Shown: positions 39,845 to 48,594 of the stretch, one piece after another
How positions within the stretch are numbered: the first letter of the stretch is position 1
How the letters are laid out: every line of letters starts with the position of its first letter
From: an uncultured Thermoleophilia bacterium
GTDB lineage: Bacteria > Actinomycetota > Thermoleophilia > UBA2241
DNA: 64,000 nucleotides
Direction: 5' to 3'
Assembly (NCBI GenBank): GCA_963832655.1
Contig: CAWHUW010000005.1
Span: 65,014-129,013, forward strand
Translations under genes and position numbers: made by a program
Notes under the pieces: model-generated
Told to the model about the DNA's origin: nothing
Seen by the model: the letters and a program-made list of their open reading frames with translations, nothing else
Databases searched by the model: none

Positions 39845-40738
39845 TCACCTTTCTTCGCTCATCCCGCGAACGGCGTGCGTCGGGAGGCCGGCGACCCCCA
39901 CGTCCAGGCGCAGCAGGGCGCCGGCGAGGGGCTGCGCCGCGGCGTCCGCCGCGCCGAGTCCCTCTCGTCGGGTCGTCACGTACAGGTCGCGCAGCTCAGG
40001 TCCCCCGAAGCAGCAGCTCGTGACCCGGGCCACGGGCAGGTCCACGACCGCCGACGATCTCGCCGTCGGGCGAGTAGCGGTCGCAGGCCCCAGCCGCCGT
40101 GCAAGGCGACCCAGACGCCAGCCCTCGGCGTCGACCGTGAGGCCGTCGGGGACGGCGCCCTCGACCTCGACGGCGGCCAGCGGCCGCCGGTCCTCGAGGG
40201 CGCCCGTCTCCGGGTCGAAGTCGAAGACGTCGACGCGGCGCGTCGGACTATCGATGAAGTAGAAGTCCTGCCCCGACGGGCTCCATCCCAAGCCGTTCGA
40301 GATCGTCGTCCCCGTGAGCACGGTCGTCACGCTCAGATTCGCGTCCACCCGGTACAGCGCGCCCAGCGGGGAACGCTCGTCGAGCGCCATGGTGCCGACC
40401 CACAGCCGCCCCGCCGCGTCGCAGGCGCCGTCGTTGGTGCGCGTTCCGGCCTGTTCGGATTCGATGGGCGCGACGAGAGGTGACTGCTCGCCGTCGAGGA
40501 GATGCAGGCCGTCGGGCAGCCCGATCACGACGCCGCCCCGCCGGCGCGGCAGGGCGAGACTGACGACATCCGCGACCTGCTGCGCCGCGTTTGTCCGCGT
40601 CGAAGGATCGTAGCGGTGGACGAGCTTCGCTGGGATGTCGACCCAGAGCAAGGTCTGGGTCGCGGCATCCCAGCGTGGGCCCTCACCGAGTCCCGCCCGG
40701 GCACCGACGGCGACCTCGAAGTCAGTGAAACGCGGCAC
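39845..40738 (-). CDS. SMP-30/gluconolactonase/LRE-family protein; three compensating frame shifts within 40045-40125
   Basis: GEGPRWD, NDGACDAAGRLWVGT and SNGLGWSP. The expected DAEGxVWVALHGGWG..RYSPDGEIVGVVDLP is spread over three frames, while the listed ORF reads GWRLGRLARRLGPATATRPTARSSA. Confidence 0.8.
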   Translation of the reverse strand: MPRFTDFEVAVGARAGLGEGPRWDAATQTLLWVDIPAKLVHRYDPSTRTNAAQQVADVVSLALPRRRGGVVIGLPDGLHLLDGEQSPLVAPIESEQAGTRTNDGACDAAGRLWVGTMALDERSPLGALYRVDANLSVTTVLTGTTISNGLGWSPSGQDFYFIDSPTRRVDVFDFDPETGALEDRRPLAAVEVEGAVPDGLTVDAEGWRLGRLARRLGPATATRPTARSSAVVDLPVARVTSCCFGGPELRDLYVTTRREGLGAADAAAQPLAGALLRLDVGVAGLPTHAVRGMSEER

Positions 40739-40741
40739 GTG

Positions 40742-41035
40742 TCACGCTTCGGCCGACGAACCGGGGATGCGGTCGCGGTTGCCCCAGGCGCCCCCGGTCC
40801 AGAAGGCGACGTCGGCGAAGATCCCGAGCGCGATCCAGACCCAGTCGAAGCCGTTGATCCCCGCGGGCTTCACGAGCACGTAGCTCATCGTCGTCCAGGG
40901 CACGAAGACGATGCCGAACGCGGGCCACAGCCAGCTGCTGAAGGCGAGGTCCCAGCGCTCCGGCTGGATCGCCCACCAGATGATGCCGGCGGCGCGAGGC
41001 CCGAGCAGGAACAGCGAGGTGAAGAAGCAGCACAT
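40742..41035 (-). CDS. small (97 aa) Trp-rich membrane protein, unknown family
   Basis: ATG follows GGAGGGACC. Three hydrophobic segments. Lies immediately downstream of the CoADR-rhodanese gene. Confidence 0.6.
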   Translation of the reverse strand: MCCFFTSLFLLGPRAAGIIWWAIQPERWDLAFSSWLWPAFGIVFVPWTTMSYVLVKPAGINGFDWVWIALGIFADVAFWTGGAWGNRDRIPGSSAEA

Positions 41036-41065
41036 GGTCCCTCCATTACAGTTGTTTGGACTCGT

Positions 41066-42781
41066 TCAGACCGTCGCGAAGATCTCGTGCGACAGCATGC
41101 CGCCGGCGACGGTCCGCGCAGTGAAACCGTTCTGCAGCAGGATCCGCGTCGCGTAGTAGGCCCGCTGGCCCGACCGGCAGATTACGAGGATCTCACGATC
41201 GCGGGGCAGCTCATGCAGGCGCCCGCGGAGCTCATCCACCGGGATGTTGACCACCCCCGGCAGTTGCTCGAGCGCAAGCTCCTCAGGATGGCGCACGTCG
41301 AGGAGGAAGCCGTCTTTCGTGGCGTCCCAATGGATGAGCGGCATGTCGCCCCGCAGGACGTCGGCGCCCACCATCCCGGCGAAGTTGGCGGGCGACTTCG
41401 CCATGCCGAACTGGGGCGCGTAGCAGAGCTCGCACTCCTCCAGATCGTAGACGGTGCCACCCATCTGGATGGCCATGGCCAAGGCGTCGATCCGCTTGTC
41501 CACGCCCTCCCTCCCCACGGCCTGCGCCCCGAGGAGCCGCCCGTCGGATCTGCGGAAGATGACCTTGATGGCGAGCAAAGTAGCGCCGGGGTAGTACCCT
41601 GCGTGGGAGTTCGGGTAGAGGTAGATCTTCTCGAAGTCGTCGTCGCCCAGGCGCCTGAGGGTCTTCTCGTTCACGCCGGTCCAGGCGACTGCGCCCCCGA
41701 AGGCTCCGAGGATCGCCGTGCCCTGGGTGCCGCGGAACCGCGAGTCCCGCCCGGAGATCACGTCGGCCACGATGCGACCTTGCCGGTTCGCCGGCCCGGC
41801 CAGCGCGACGAGACAGTCTTCGCCGGTCATGCAGTCCGTCTTCTCGACAGCGTCGCCGACGGCGAAGATGTCCGGGTCGCTCGTGCGCATCTGGTCGTCG
41901 ACGCGGATGCCGCCGAGCTTGCCGACCTCGATGCCGGCCATCTCGGCGAGCGCGGTCTCGGGCTTCACGCCGATACCGAGGATCACGATGTCCGCCGGAT
42001 ACGCCTCGCCGGATGCGGTGAGGACCTCGAGGGATCCGTCCGCCGCCTTCCGGAACCCGGACGCCGCACTGTTCAGCAGGATCCGCACGCCGTTCTTGCT
42101 GAGATGGCGCTCCACGTAGCGCGCCATCTCGATGTCGAGCGGCCCCATGATCTGCTCGCCGCGTTGCAGCAGCGTGACCTCGAAGCCGAGCCCGACCAGG
42201 TTCTCGGCCGTCTCGATGCCGATGAAGCCCCCGCCGACGACGACCGCGCGCAAGCCCCTGGTGCGTGTCTGGAACCCGGTGTAGGAGTCCATGCCTCCCG
42301 ACCTGCCGCGACGCTCGTCGATCCAGGCACGGATCTGGGCGGCGTCCGGTACCGTCCTCACCCCGAAGATCCCGGGAAGGTCGATCCCCGGCAGCGGCGG
42401 GCGGATGGGAGCCGCCCCGGGTGAGAGGACGAGCCTGTCGTAGTGCTCGGTGGTCACCTCACCCGTCAAGCGGTCCGTGAGCTGCACAGTCTTCTCGCGC
42501 GCCGCGATCCCGACCACCTCGCAGTCAGTGCGGGCATCGACGGCGAACATGTCGCGAAAGGTATCCGTGGTCGCGACCAGCAGAGTCGACTGCTGCTCGA
42601 TCACGCCGCCGATGAAGTACGGGAGGCCGCAGTTCGCGTACGAGACGTACGGACCGCGTTCGACCATGAGGATCTCGGCGTTCTCGTCGAGGCGGCGCAG
42701 GCGCGCGGCGCACGAGGCGCCGCCGGCCACGCCGCCCACGATGATCACCTTCGTGCCTGCGGGTTTGTCTGTGGGTCCCAT
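41066..42781 (-). CDS. CoA-disulfide reductase / NADH-dependent persulfide reductase fused to a C-terminal rhodanese domain
   Basis: VIIVGGVAGGASCAARLRR, redox Cys in SYANCGLPYFIGG, second Rossmann VVVGGGFIGIE. Rhodanese active-site loop VICRSGQRA near the C-terminus. Confidence 0.9.
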   Translation of the reverse strand: MGPTDKPAGTKVIIVGGVAGGASCAARLRRLDENAEILMVERGPYVSYANCGLPYFIGGVIEQQSTLLVATTDTFRDMFAVDARTDCEVVGIAAREKTVQLTDRLTGEVTTEHYDRLVLSPGAAPIRPPLPGIDLPGIFGVRTVPDAAQIRAWIDERRGRSGGMDSYTGFQTRTRGLRAVVVGGGFIGIETAENLVGLGFEVTLLQRGEQIMGPLDIEMARYVERHLSKNGVRILLNSAASGFRKAADGSLEVLTASGEAYPADIVILGIGVKPETALAEMAGIEVGKLGGIRVDDQMRTSDPDIFAVGDAVEKTDCMTGEDCLVALAGPANRQGRIVADVISGRDSRFRGTQGTAILGAFGGAVAWTGVNEKTLRRLGDDDFEKIYLYPNSHAGYYPGATLLAIKVIFRRSDGRLLGAQAVGREGVDKRIDALAMAIQMGGTVYDLEECELCYAPQFGMAKSPANFAGMVGADVLRGDMPLIHWDATKDGFLLDVRHPEELALEQLPGVVNIPVDELRGRLHELPRDREILVICRSGQRAYYATRILLQNGFTARTVAGGMLSHEIFATV

Positions 42782-42809
42782 CGTCACGTCCTTTCTCGAT
42801 GACCTGCTG

Positions 42810-43211
42810 CTACGCAACGTCACGCCCCTCGTCCATCGGAGCTCCAGTCACGAGCTCGACCGCGGGCAGCAGATCGGTCACGATCGCCCGCTTGAGGACG
42901 AAGGCGTCGGCGCCGGCTTCGATCGCTGCCCGGCGCACGCTCTGCTCGTCGTGCACGCTGAGGACGATCACCTTGAGCTCGGGGCAGCGCTGCCGGACCG
43001 CTCGCAACCAGTCCAGACCGCTGTTCTGAGCCAGAGACAGATCCACGACCGCCACGTCAGGCTGCAGCCGGCTCGCGCTCTCGAGCAGCGACGCCTCGTC
43101 GGCGACCATGACGACCGCTCCGAACGCCGTCTCGAGCAAGCCGCGCACGCCTTCTGTGAGGCCCTGATGGCGGTCCGCCAGCAGCACGCAACTGAGATGC
43201 TTCTCGGGCAT
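42810..43211 (-). CDS. stand-alone response-regulator receiver domain protein (no output domain)
   Basis: MPEKHLSCVLLADRHQG..., phospho-acceptor context DVAVVDLSL, VIVLSVH and AFVLKRA. The acidic pair is degenerate (DR instead of DD). Confidence 0.8.
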   Translation of the reverse strand: MPEKHLSCVLLADRHQGLTEGVRGLLETAFGAVVMVADEASLLESASRLQPDVAVVDLSLAQNSGLDWLRAVRQRCPELKVIVLSVHDEQSVRRAAIEAGADAFVLKRAIVTDLLPAVELVTGAPMDEGRDVA

Positions 43212-43271
43212 GGGGCAGTCTCTCTCCGCTACCGTGCTCGCCACCATGCCGGTCGGCATACGGCGTCGAGT

Positions 43272-43343
43272 GGAGACTAGTGCGGATCCGGAGCGCTGTG
43301 ACCTCGGGAAACTACCGGGCCTGTCGCTGGGAAACTACGAGGG
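43272..43343 (-). promoter_or_regulatory. conserved promoter-like element, copy A (drives receiver / CoADR-rhodanese unit)
   Basis: The minus strand reads CCCTCGTAGTTTCCCAGCGACAGGCCCGGTAGTTTCCCGAGGTCACAGCGCTCCGGATCCGCACTAGTCTCC. TAGTCT lies about 62 nt upstream of ATG 43211. Confidence 0.6.
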
Positions 43344-43383
43344 TGCCGGACGCTGCTGGGGCCAATGCCCACGTACGGACCGA

Positions 43384-45393
43384 ATGGTAGACTCCGGCAA
43401 CGTGGCCACGATCGATGAGACGTCGCGCTCTGCCGAGCCCCTGGGGAGCCGTCTCGAGTTCGAGACGCTGATCTCCGACCTCTCCGCGAGGTTCATCAAC
43501 CTGCCGGGCGGCGAGGTGGACGGCGCGATCAAGGACGCGCTGCGCAGCGTCTGCGAGTTCCTCGCCATCGACTATGCCGTGCTCTGGCAATGGTCGGCCG
43601 CGGCGCAGGACGCCATCACGCCCACTCACGCCTTCCCCGCCGAGGAAGGCTCGCGACCTCCCGGGCCGCTTCGTCAGGAGCAGTACCCCTGGACGGTACG
43701 GCAGATGCAGGCCGGCCACATGGTCGTGCTTGCCGCGCTGGAGGACCTGCCGGCTGAGGCCGCCGTCGACCTGGAGCACGCCCGCCTCGGCGGTATCAAG
43801 TCGACGTTGTGCCTGCCGCTGCGGGTGGGAGGCGAGTCGACCGTTGGCGCCCTGGCCCTCAATGCCCTGCGGACGGAGCGCGACTGGCCGGACGCGCTGG
43901 TGAGGCGACTGCAACTGGTCGCGCAGGTCTTCGCCAATGCATTGGCTCGAAAGCGGGCAGACGATGCCTTGCGCGAGAGCGAGGAGCGCCTGGCCCTGGC
44001 GGCGGACTCCGCCGAGGCGGGGCTCTGGACCCTGGAGTACGGCACGGGCGTCTTCTGGGCCACTGAGAGGGCTCGGGCGATCTTCGGGTATACGCCGGAC
44101 GAGGTCGTCACGATGGAGCGTTTCCAGGCTTCGGTGCATCCCGACGACTGGGAGCTCGTTCGGGGAGCCATCGAGCGGTCCGCGCGTGCGGGCGAACCCG
44201 TCAACGTGGACTACCGGATCCTGACGGAAGGGGGCGGCGAGCGTTGGATCGTGTCTCGCGGGCGACCCCACTTCACGTCGCTTTGGGAGCCGGATCGCCT
44301 GACGGGCCTCTCCATCGACATGACCGGGCGCAAACGCGGCGAAGAGGCGCTTCACATCAGCGAGGCTCGCCTGGCGGCGGGCGCTGACCTCGCAGGCCTC
44401 GCGTTCTACGAGGTGGACTTCGGCGAACGCGTCGCCATCGTCGACGACCGGTTTCGCGACATCTGCGGCATTCCCCAGGAACAGGAGAAGGGCCTTCAGC
44501 CAGTGGAGTTCTGGATTGAGCACTTGCACCCTGACGATCGCCGACGCGTGTTGCACCAGCGCGAGGAGCTGCACGAAGGGAGGCTGGAGCGGCTCTCCAT
44601 CGAGTATCGATACCTGCATCCGGCCCATGGGGAGAAGTGGCTTGATCACGAGTCCCGCGTCACCGCGCGCGACGCCACCGGACGCGTGGTCAAGACATTC
44701 GGCGTCCTCCGCGACATCACCGAGCGAAAGCGAGTCGAGGAAGAGCTGCGCGACCTGAGCCGGCGCCTGATCGGAGCCCACGAGGAAGAGCGCGCGCTGC
44801 TCGCGCGCGAGTTGCACGACGACGTGAGCCAGCGGCTCGCCGTGCTGGCGATCGACGTCGGCCGCGCCGAGCTGGCCGCCCCGGACAGGGCGCAGGCAGA
44901 GGCCATGACGGCGGTCCGTGAGGGACTCACGCGCCTCAGCGAAGACGTCCACTCCCTGGCGTACCAGCTGCACCCGTCGGTCCTGGAGGAGCTGGGCCTG
45001 GACGAGGCGCTTCGGGCGGAATGCGAACGGCGGGGTCGTCAGGGCGCGCTCGACATCTCGGTCGACCTCGGCCCGCTGCCCGCCGTCGTAGGCAAGGGCG
45101 AAGCGCTGTGCCTGTTTCGGGTGGCCCAGGAGGCGCTCAACAACGTGGCCCGCCACGCGGGTGCGCGCGCCGCGAGCGTCACGCTACGGGAGATGGACGA
45201 CGGGTTGCTCCTCGCCGTCCGTGACGACGGCGTCGGCTTCGATCCTGAGAATCCGCGAAAGGGGATGCGCCTCGGCCTCGTGGGTATGCGCGAGCGCGTG
45301 CGACTGGTGCGCGGCACGCTCGACGTCGAGAGCGCGCCCGGCCGGGGCACGACGATCGTCGCCTGGGTACCCGCGGAAGCGGAGTCGCGATGA
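43384..45393 (+). CDS. cytosolic sensor histidine kinase, GAF-PAS-PAS-HisKA_3-HATPase_c
   Basis: No TM segment. GAF (LAIDYAVLWQW...LCLPLRVGGESTVGALAL) and two PAS/PAC repeats (...VHPDDWELV...; ...LHPDDRRRV...). H-box EEERALLARELHDDVSQ. NNVARHA, DDGVGFD and GLVGMRERV. Confidence 0.9.
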   Translation: MVDSGNVATIDETSRSAEPLGSRLEFETLISDLSARFINLPGGEVDGAIKDALRSVCEFLAIDYAVLWQWSAAAQDAITPTHAFPAEEGSRPPGPLRQEQYPWTVRQMQAGHMVVLAALEDLPAEAAVDLEHARLGGIKSTLCLPLRVGGESTVGALALNALRTERDWPDALVRRLQLVAQVFANALARKRADDALRESEERLALAADSAEAGLWTLEYGTGVFWATERARAIFGYTPDEVVTMERFQASVHPDDWELVRGAIERSARAGEPVNVDYRILTEGGGERWIVSRGRPHFTSLWEPDRLTGLSIDMTGRKRGEEALHISEARLAAGADLAGLAFYEVDFGERVAIVDDRFRDICGIPQEQEKGLQPVEFWIEHLHPDDRRRVLHQREELHEGRLERLSIEYRYLHPAHGEKWLDHESRVTARDATGRVVKTFGVLRDITERKRVEEELRDLSRRLIGAHEEERALLARELHDDVSQRLAVLAIDVGRAELAAPDRAQAEAMTAVREGLTRLSEDVHSLAYQLHPSVLEELGLDEALRAECERRGRQGALDISVDLGPLPAVVGKGEALCLFRVAQEALNNVARHAGARAASVTLREMDDGLLLAVRDDGVGFDPENPRKGMRLGLVGMRERVRLVRGTLDVESAPGRGTTIVAWVPAEAESR

Positions 45394-46040
45394 GCTCTCC
45401 GCGTCGTCCGCGCGTGCTCCTCGCCGACGACCATCTGCTGGTCGCCGAGGCGCTCAAGAGCCTGCTCACCCCCGAGTTCGATCTGGTGGGCGTGGTGGAA
45501 GACGGGCTCGCTTTGGTCGAGGCGGCCGGGAGGCTGCGCCCGGACGTGATCGTCGCCGACGTCACCATGCCCCACCTCAACGGCATCGACGCCCTGGCGC
45601 GGTTGAGGCAGGGCGGCGATCGAGTTCCCGTGGTGTTCCTCACCATGCACCGGGACGTGACCTTCGCGCGGCGCGCGCTCGAAGCCGGGGCCTCGGGCTT
45701 CGTGCTCAAGCACTCGGCGTCGGTCGAGTTGATCGCCGCCCTCCACGCCGCACTCGAAGGCAAGACCTACCTCACGCCGCAGCTCGCGGGGGAGGTCCTG
45801 GAGGCCATGAAGCAGGGGCCGGGGCAGGCGGCCGATCCAGTCGCATCCCTCACGCCGCGGCAACGAGAAGTCTTGCAGCTTCTGGCGGAGGGGCGCTCGG
45901 CCAAGCAGATCGCCTCGAGCCTCTCGATCTCGACCCGGACGGTGGAGTTCCACAAGTACCAGATGATGGAGACGCTGGGCCTTCACACCAACGCCGACCT
46001 GATCCACTTCGCGATCAAGAACGGCCTCGTCGAGTTCTGA
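45390..46040 (+). CDS. NarL/LuxR-family response regulator
   Basis: ATGA overlap with the kinase. VLLADDHLLV, VIVADVTMPHLNG. HTH LTPRQREVLQLLAEGRSAKQIASSLSISTRTVEFHK. Confidence 0.9.
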   Translation: MSSPRRPRVLLADDHLLVAEALKSLLTPEFDLVGVVEDGLALVEAAGRLRPDVIVADVTMPHLNGIDALARLRQGGDRVPVVFLTMHRDVTFARRALEAGASGFVLKHSASVELIAALHAALEGKTYLTPQLAGEVLEAMKQGPGQAADPVASLTPRQREVLQLLAEGRSAKQIASSLSISTRTVEFHKYQMMETLGLHTNADLIHFAIKNGLVEF

Positions 46041-46054
46041 ACCCCCGCCCCGGA

Positions 46055-46125
46055 CCTCGTAGTCTCCCGCGAACACGCCCGTAGTTTCCCGAGGTCACAG
46101 CCCCTCGGATCCCGGCTAGTCTCCC
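46055..46125 (+). promoter_or_regulatory. conserved promoter-like element, copy B
   Basis: CCTCGTAGTCTCCCGCGAACACGCCCGTAGTTTCCCGAGGTCACAGCCCCTCGGATCCCGGCTAGTCTCCC. Starts 15 nt after the regulator stop. Confidence 0.6.
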
Positions 46126-46211
46126 GCGTGGAGGCCAGTATCGGGAGGCAAGACCATAACGATTCACGAGGAATCCACCCCCCATTCGGCCACGCGCGGC
46201 CAGAGGAGAAG

Positions 46212-46724
46212 GTGCTCGAGCGAGTCTGGGAGTGGCGCATCTGCGACCGCTGCGGCGAGACCATCATGCTTGGCGAGGAGAGACTCCGACCGCGACGTGG
46301 TCTGGGCCGGCAGCCCCGGCATTGTCCAAGCCATCGACGTCCCGCGGATCATTGGCGCAGCTCGCGACGCCGACGTCGCGGTCGAGATCGTAGTCCCCCT
46401 CGGCGAGACGGTGCAACAGCACACCCCGGTGGCTGTCATCCACGGGACCGCCGACCCGTCGCTGGACGCCGTGGTGGTGAAGGCGCCCCGGAGTGCGGCG
46501 TGCGCGCGGTCGCGGTCCACAGGCGCCGCCTGCACTATACCGTCAATGGGTGCATGTCGGAGGTGACCGAGGTGGTCGCGGAGGGAAAGAAGGTGCGAAC
46601 GCTGGCCATCGAGTCGGAAGGCGCCGACCGAGTGGTCGCCGCCGTGCGGGAACTCGGGCTCGCCGACCGCGCAAACACCAGCTACCCGCGATTGCTCAAG
46701 GCCGCCGTCGGCATGGAAGGCTGA
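46212..46724 (+). pseudogene. mosaic of gene remnants: CxxC N-terminus / DUF2254-like fragment / CYTH-like C-terminal fragment
   Basis: GTG 46212 follows AGAGGAGAAG (VLERVWEWRICDRCGETIMLGEE). Frame +1 reads DVVWAGSPGIVQAIDVPRIIGAARDADVAVEIVVPLGETVQQHTPVAVIHG. The original frame again reads HRRRLHYTVNGCMSEVTEVVAEGKKVRTLAIESEGADRVVAAVRELGL. Family assignments are from memory. Confidence 0.4.
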
Positions 46725-46734
46725 GGCGGCCCAC

Positions 46735-47646
46735 ATGCCCATCTATGCGGTCATCGACGTCGGCACCAACTCGGTCAAGTCCCACATCGGGGAGCGGCGC
46801 GCGGACGGCTCGTGGGTCACGATCGTCGACCGCGCCGAGGTCACGCGCCTCGGCGAGGGCATCGCGGAGACGGGCGACATCGCGCCGGCGGCGATCGCGC
46901 GGACGGCGGAGGCGATCGCCGGCATGGCCGACGAGGCGCGGCGGCACCACGCTGCGGCCCTGGTCGCCGTCGGGACCATGGGGCTTCGCAGCGCGGGCAA
47001 CAGCGACAGCTTCATCGCCCGCGTGCGGGAGCGGTGCGGCGTCACCATCGAGGTGATCCCTGGGAAGGAAGAGGGACGGCTCGCCTATCTGGCGGCGAAG
47101 GCCGGAATCGGCCCCGCCGAGGGACGCCTGGTCGTGTTCGACACCGGCGGCGGCAGCACCCAGTTCACCTTCGGCCGCGGCGACGAGGTGGACGAGCAGT
47201 TCAGCCTGAACATCGGCGCCGCGCGCCTCACCGCGCAGTTCAGGCTGAGCGGCCCCATCGCCCGCGAACGGCTGGACGAGGCGCTGGCCGCCATCTCCAG
47301 CGAGTTCGGGCGCCTCGACGCCGTCCCGTCCCCGGACGCGCTCGTCGGCATAGGCGGCGCCGTCACCAGCATGACCGCGGTGATGCTCGGTCTGTCACCC
47401 TACGATCCGGATGTCGTGCAAGGCACCGTGCTCAGTCGCGCCGAGGTCGACAGCCAGATCGAGCTCTACCGGACGCGCGACGTCGAGGCGCGCCGGCAGA
47501 TCGTCGGCCTGCAGCTCAAGCGCGCCGACGTCATCCTCGCCGGCGCGTGCGTGGTGCGCACCGTCATGGACAAGCTGGGAAGGGACGCCCTGACCGTGAG
47601 CGACCGGGGGCTGCGGCATGGCGTGCTGCTCGAACGCTTCGGCTGA
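46735..47646 (+). CDS. Ppx/GppA-family phosphatase (exopolyphosphatase-like)
   Basis: AVIDVGTNSVKSHI, VFDTGGGSTQF and GIGGAVTS; ASKHA-fold motifs. Intact 303 aa. Confidence 0.9.
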   Translation: MPIYAVIDVGTNSVKSHIGERRADGSWVTIVDRAEVTRLGEGIAETGDIAPAAIARTAEAIAGMADEARRHHAAALVAVGTMGLRSAGNSDSFIARVRERCGVTIEVIPGKEEGRLAYLAAKAGIGPAEGRLVVFDTGGGSTQFTFGRGDEVDEQFSLNIGAARLTAQFRLSGPIARERLDEALAAISSEFGRLDAVPSPDALVGIGGAVTSMTAVMLGLSPYDPDVVQGTVLSRAEVDSQIELYRTRDVEARRQIVGLQLKRADVILAGACVVRTVMDKLGRDALTVSDRGLRHGVLLERFG

Positions 47647-47811
47647 GTCGGTGGGCCGTCGCGTACCGTGCCCTTGTGCGCACGGTGGTCACCGGACATC
47701 ATGCGCACACGGTAACCCTTTGGAAACGAAGATGGCCTCGCGGCGTCACGGTCCGCGCGAGGCTCCAGCGGGGCGCTACAGGATAGCGTGCCGGGCGAAA
47801 GGAGAGAGGCG

Positions 47812-48594
47812 ATGACCCCCAAGGCGGCCCAAGGCGGGCTCGACACCGAGCAGTTCGCGACGTTGCTGGAGCTCGTCAAGGGCTCGAAGAGCGTCGAGAT
47901 GAAGTTGACGATCCCCCAGGAGAGCACCCGCGCGGCGATCGAGGCACTAGGCCTCGATCCGCTCGACGGGCAGATCCGGCTGGTGACCTTCTTCGACACC
48001 CCCGACCTCGCCCTCAATCAGGCCGGCGTCGTGGTGCGCGCCCGCCGCATCCAGGGCAAGGGCGCCGACTCCGTGGTCAAGCTGCGCCCGGTCGTGCCCG
48101 ACGAGCTCCCCGCCAAGCTGCGCCGCCTGCCCACCTTCGGCATCGAGGTCGACGCCATGCCCGGCGGCTTCGTGTGCTCGGCGTCCTTCAAGGGCGTCGC
48201 CGACCCCGGCAAGGCGAAGCTGGTCAGCCTCGGACAGGCCCCCGTGCGCAAGGCGTTCAACAAGGAGCAGCGCGCCTTCTACAAGGCCCACGCCCCCGAA
48301 GGCCTCGAGCTCGACGACCTCGCGGCCCTCGGCCCGATCTTCGTGGTCAAGGTGCCGTTCACGCCCAAGGAGCTCGCCCACAAGCTCGTCGCCGAGCTGT
48401 GGCTCTACCCCGACGGCAGCCGCATCTTCGAGCTCTCCACGAAGTGCGCCCCGCCCGACCTGATGCAGGTCTTCACCGAGGTGCGCCATTTCCTGATCCA
48501 GCGGAGCATCGACCGCCAGGGCGAGCAGCAGACGAAGACGAAACGCGCCCTTGAGTACTTCGCCAAGGGCCTCAAGACTGCCAAGGCCTCGTAG
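47812..48594 (+). CDS. uncharacterised protein, CYTH-like (triphosphate tunnel) fold suspected
   Basis: ATG 47812 follows AAAGGAGAGAGG. SVEMKLTIP..., VVVRARRIQGKGADSVVKLRP. The TAG stop lies inside element C. Confidence 0.6.
   Translation: MTPKAAQGGLDTEQFATLLELVKGSKSVEMKLTIPQESTRAAIEALGLDPLDGQIRLVTFFDTPDLALNQAGVVVRARRIQGKGADSVVKLRPVVPDELPAKLRRLPTFGIEVDAMPGGFVCSASFKGVADPGKAKLVSLGQAPVRKAFNKEQRAFYKAHAPEGLELDDLAALGPIFVVKVPFTPKELAHKLVAELWLYPDGSRIFELSTKCAPPDLMQVFTEVRHFLIQRSIDRQGEQQTKTKRALEYFAKGLKTAKAS

Noticed and set aside
43284-43289. GGATCC (BamHI site) inside the spacer of element copies A and B (also at 46107-46112), raising the idea of a cloning scar or vector junction
   Set aside because: Copies C and D have CGGCGT and GGATGC at the same position. 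The flanks are ordinary chromosomal genes with no vector-like sequence. The palindrome is just part of the partly conserved spacer.
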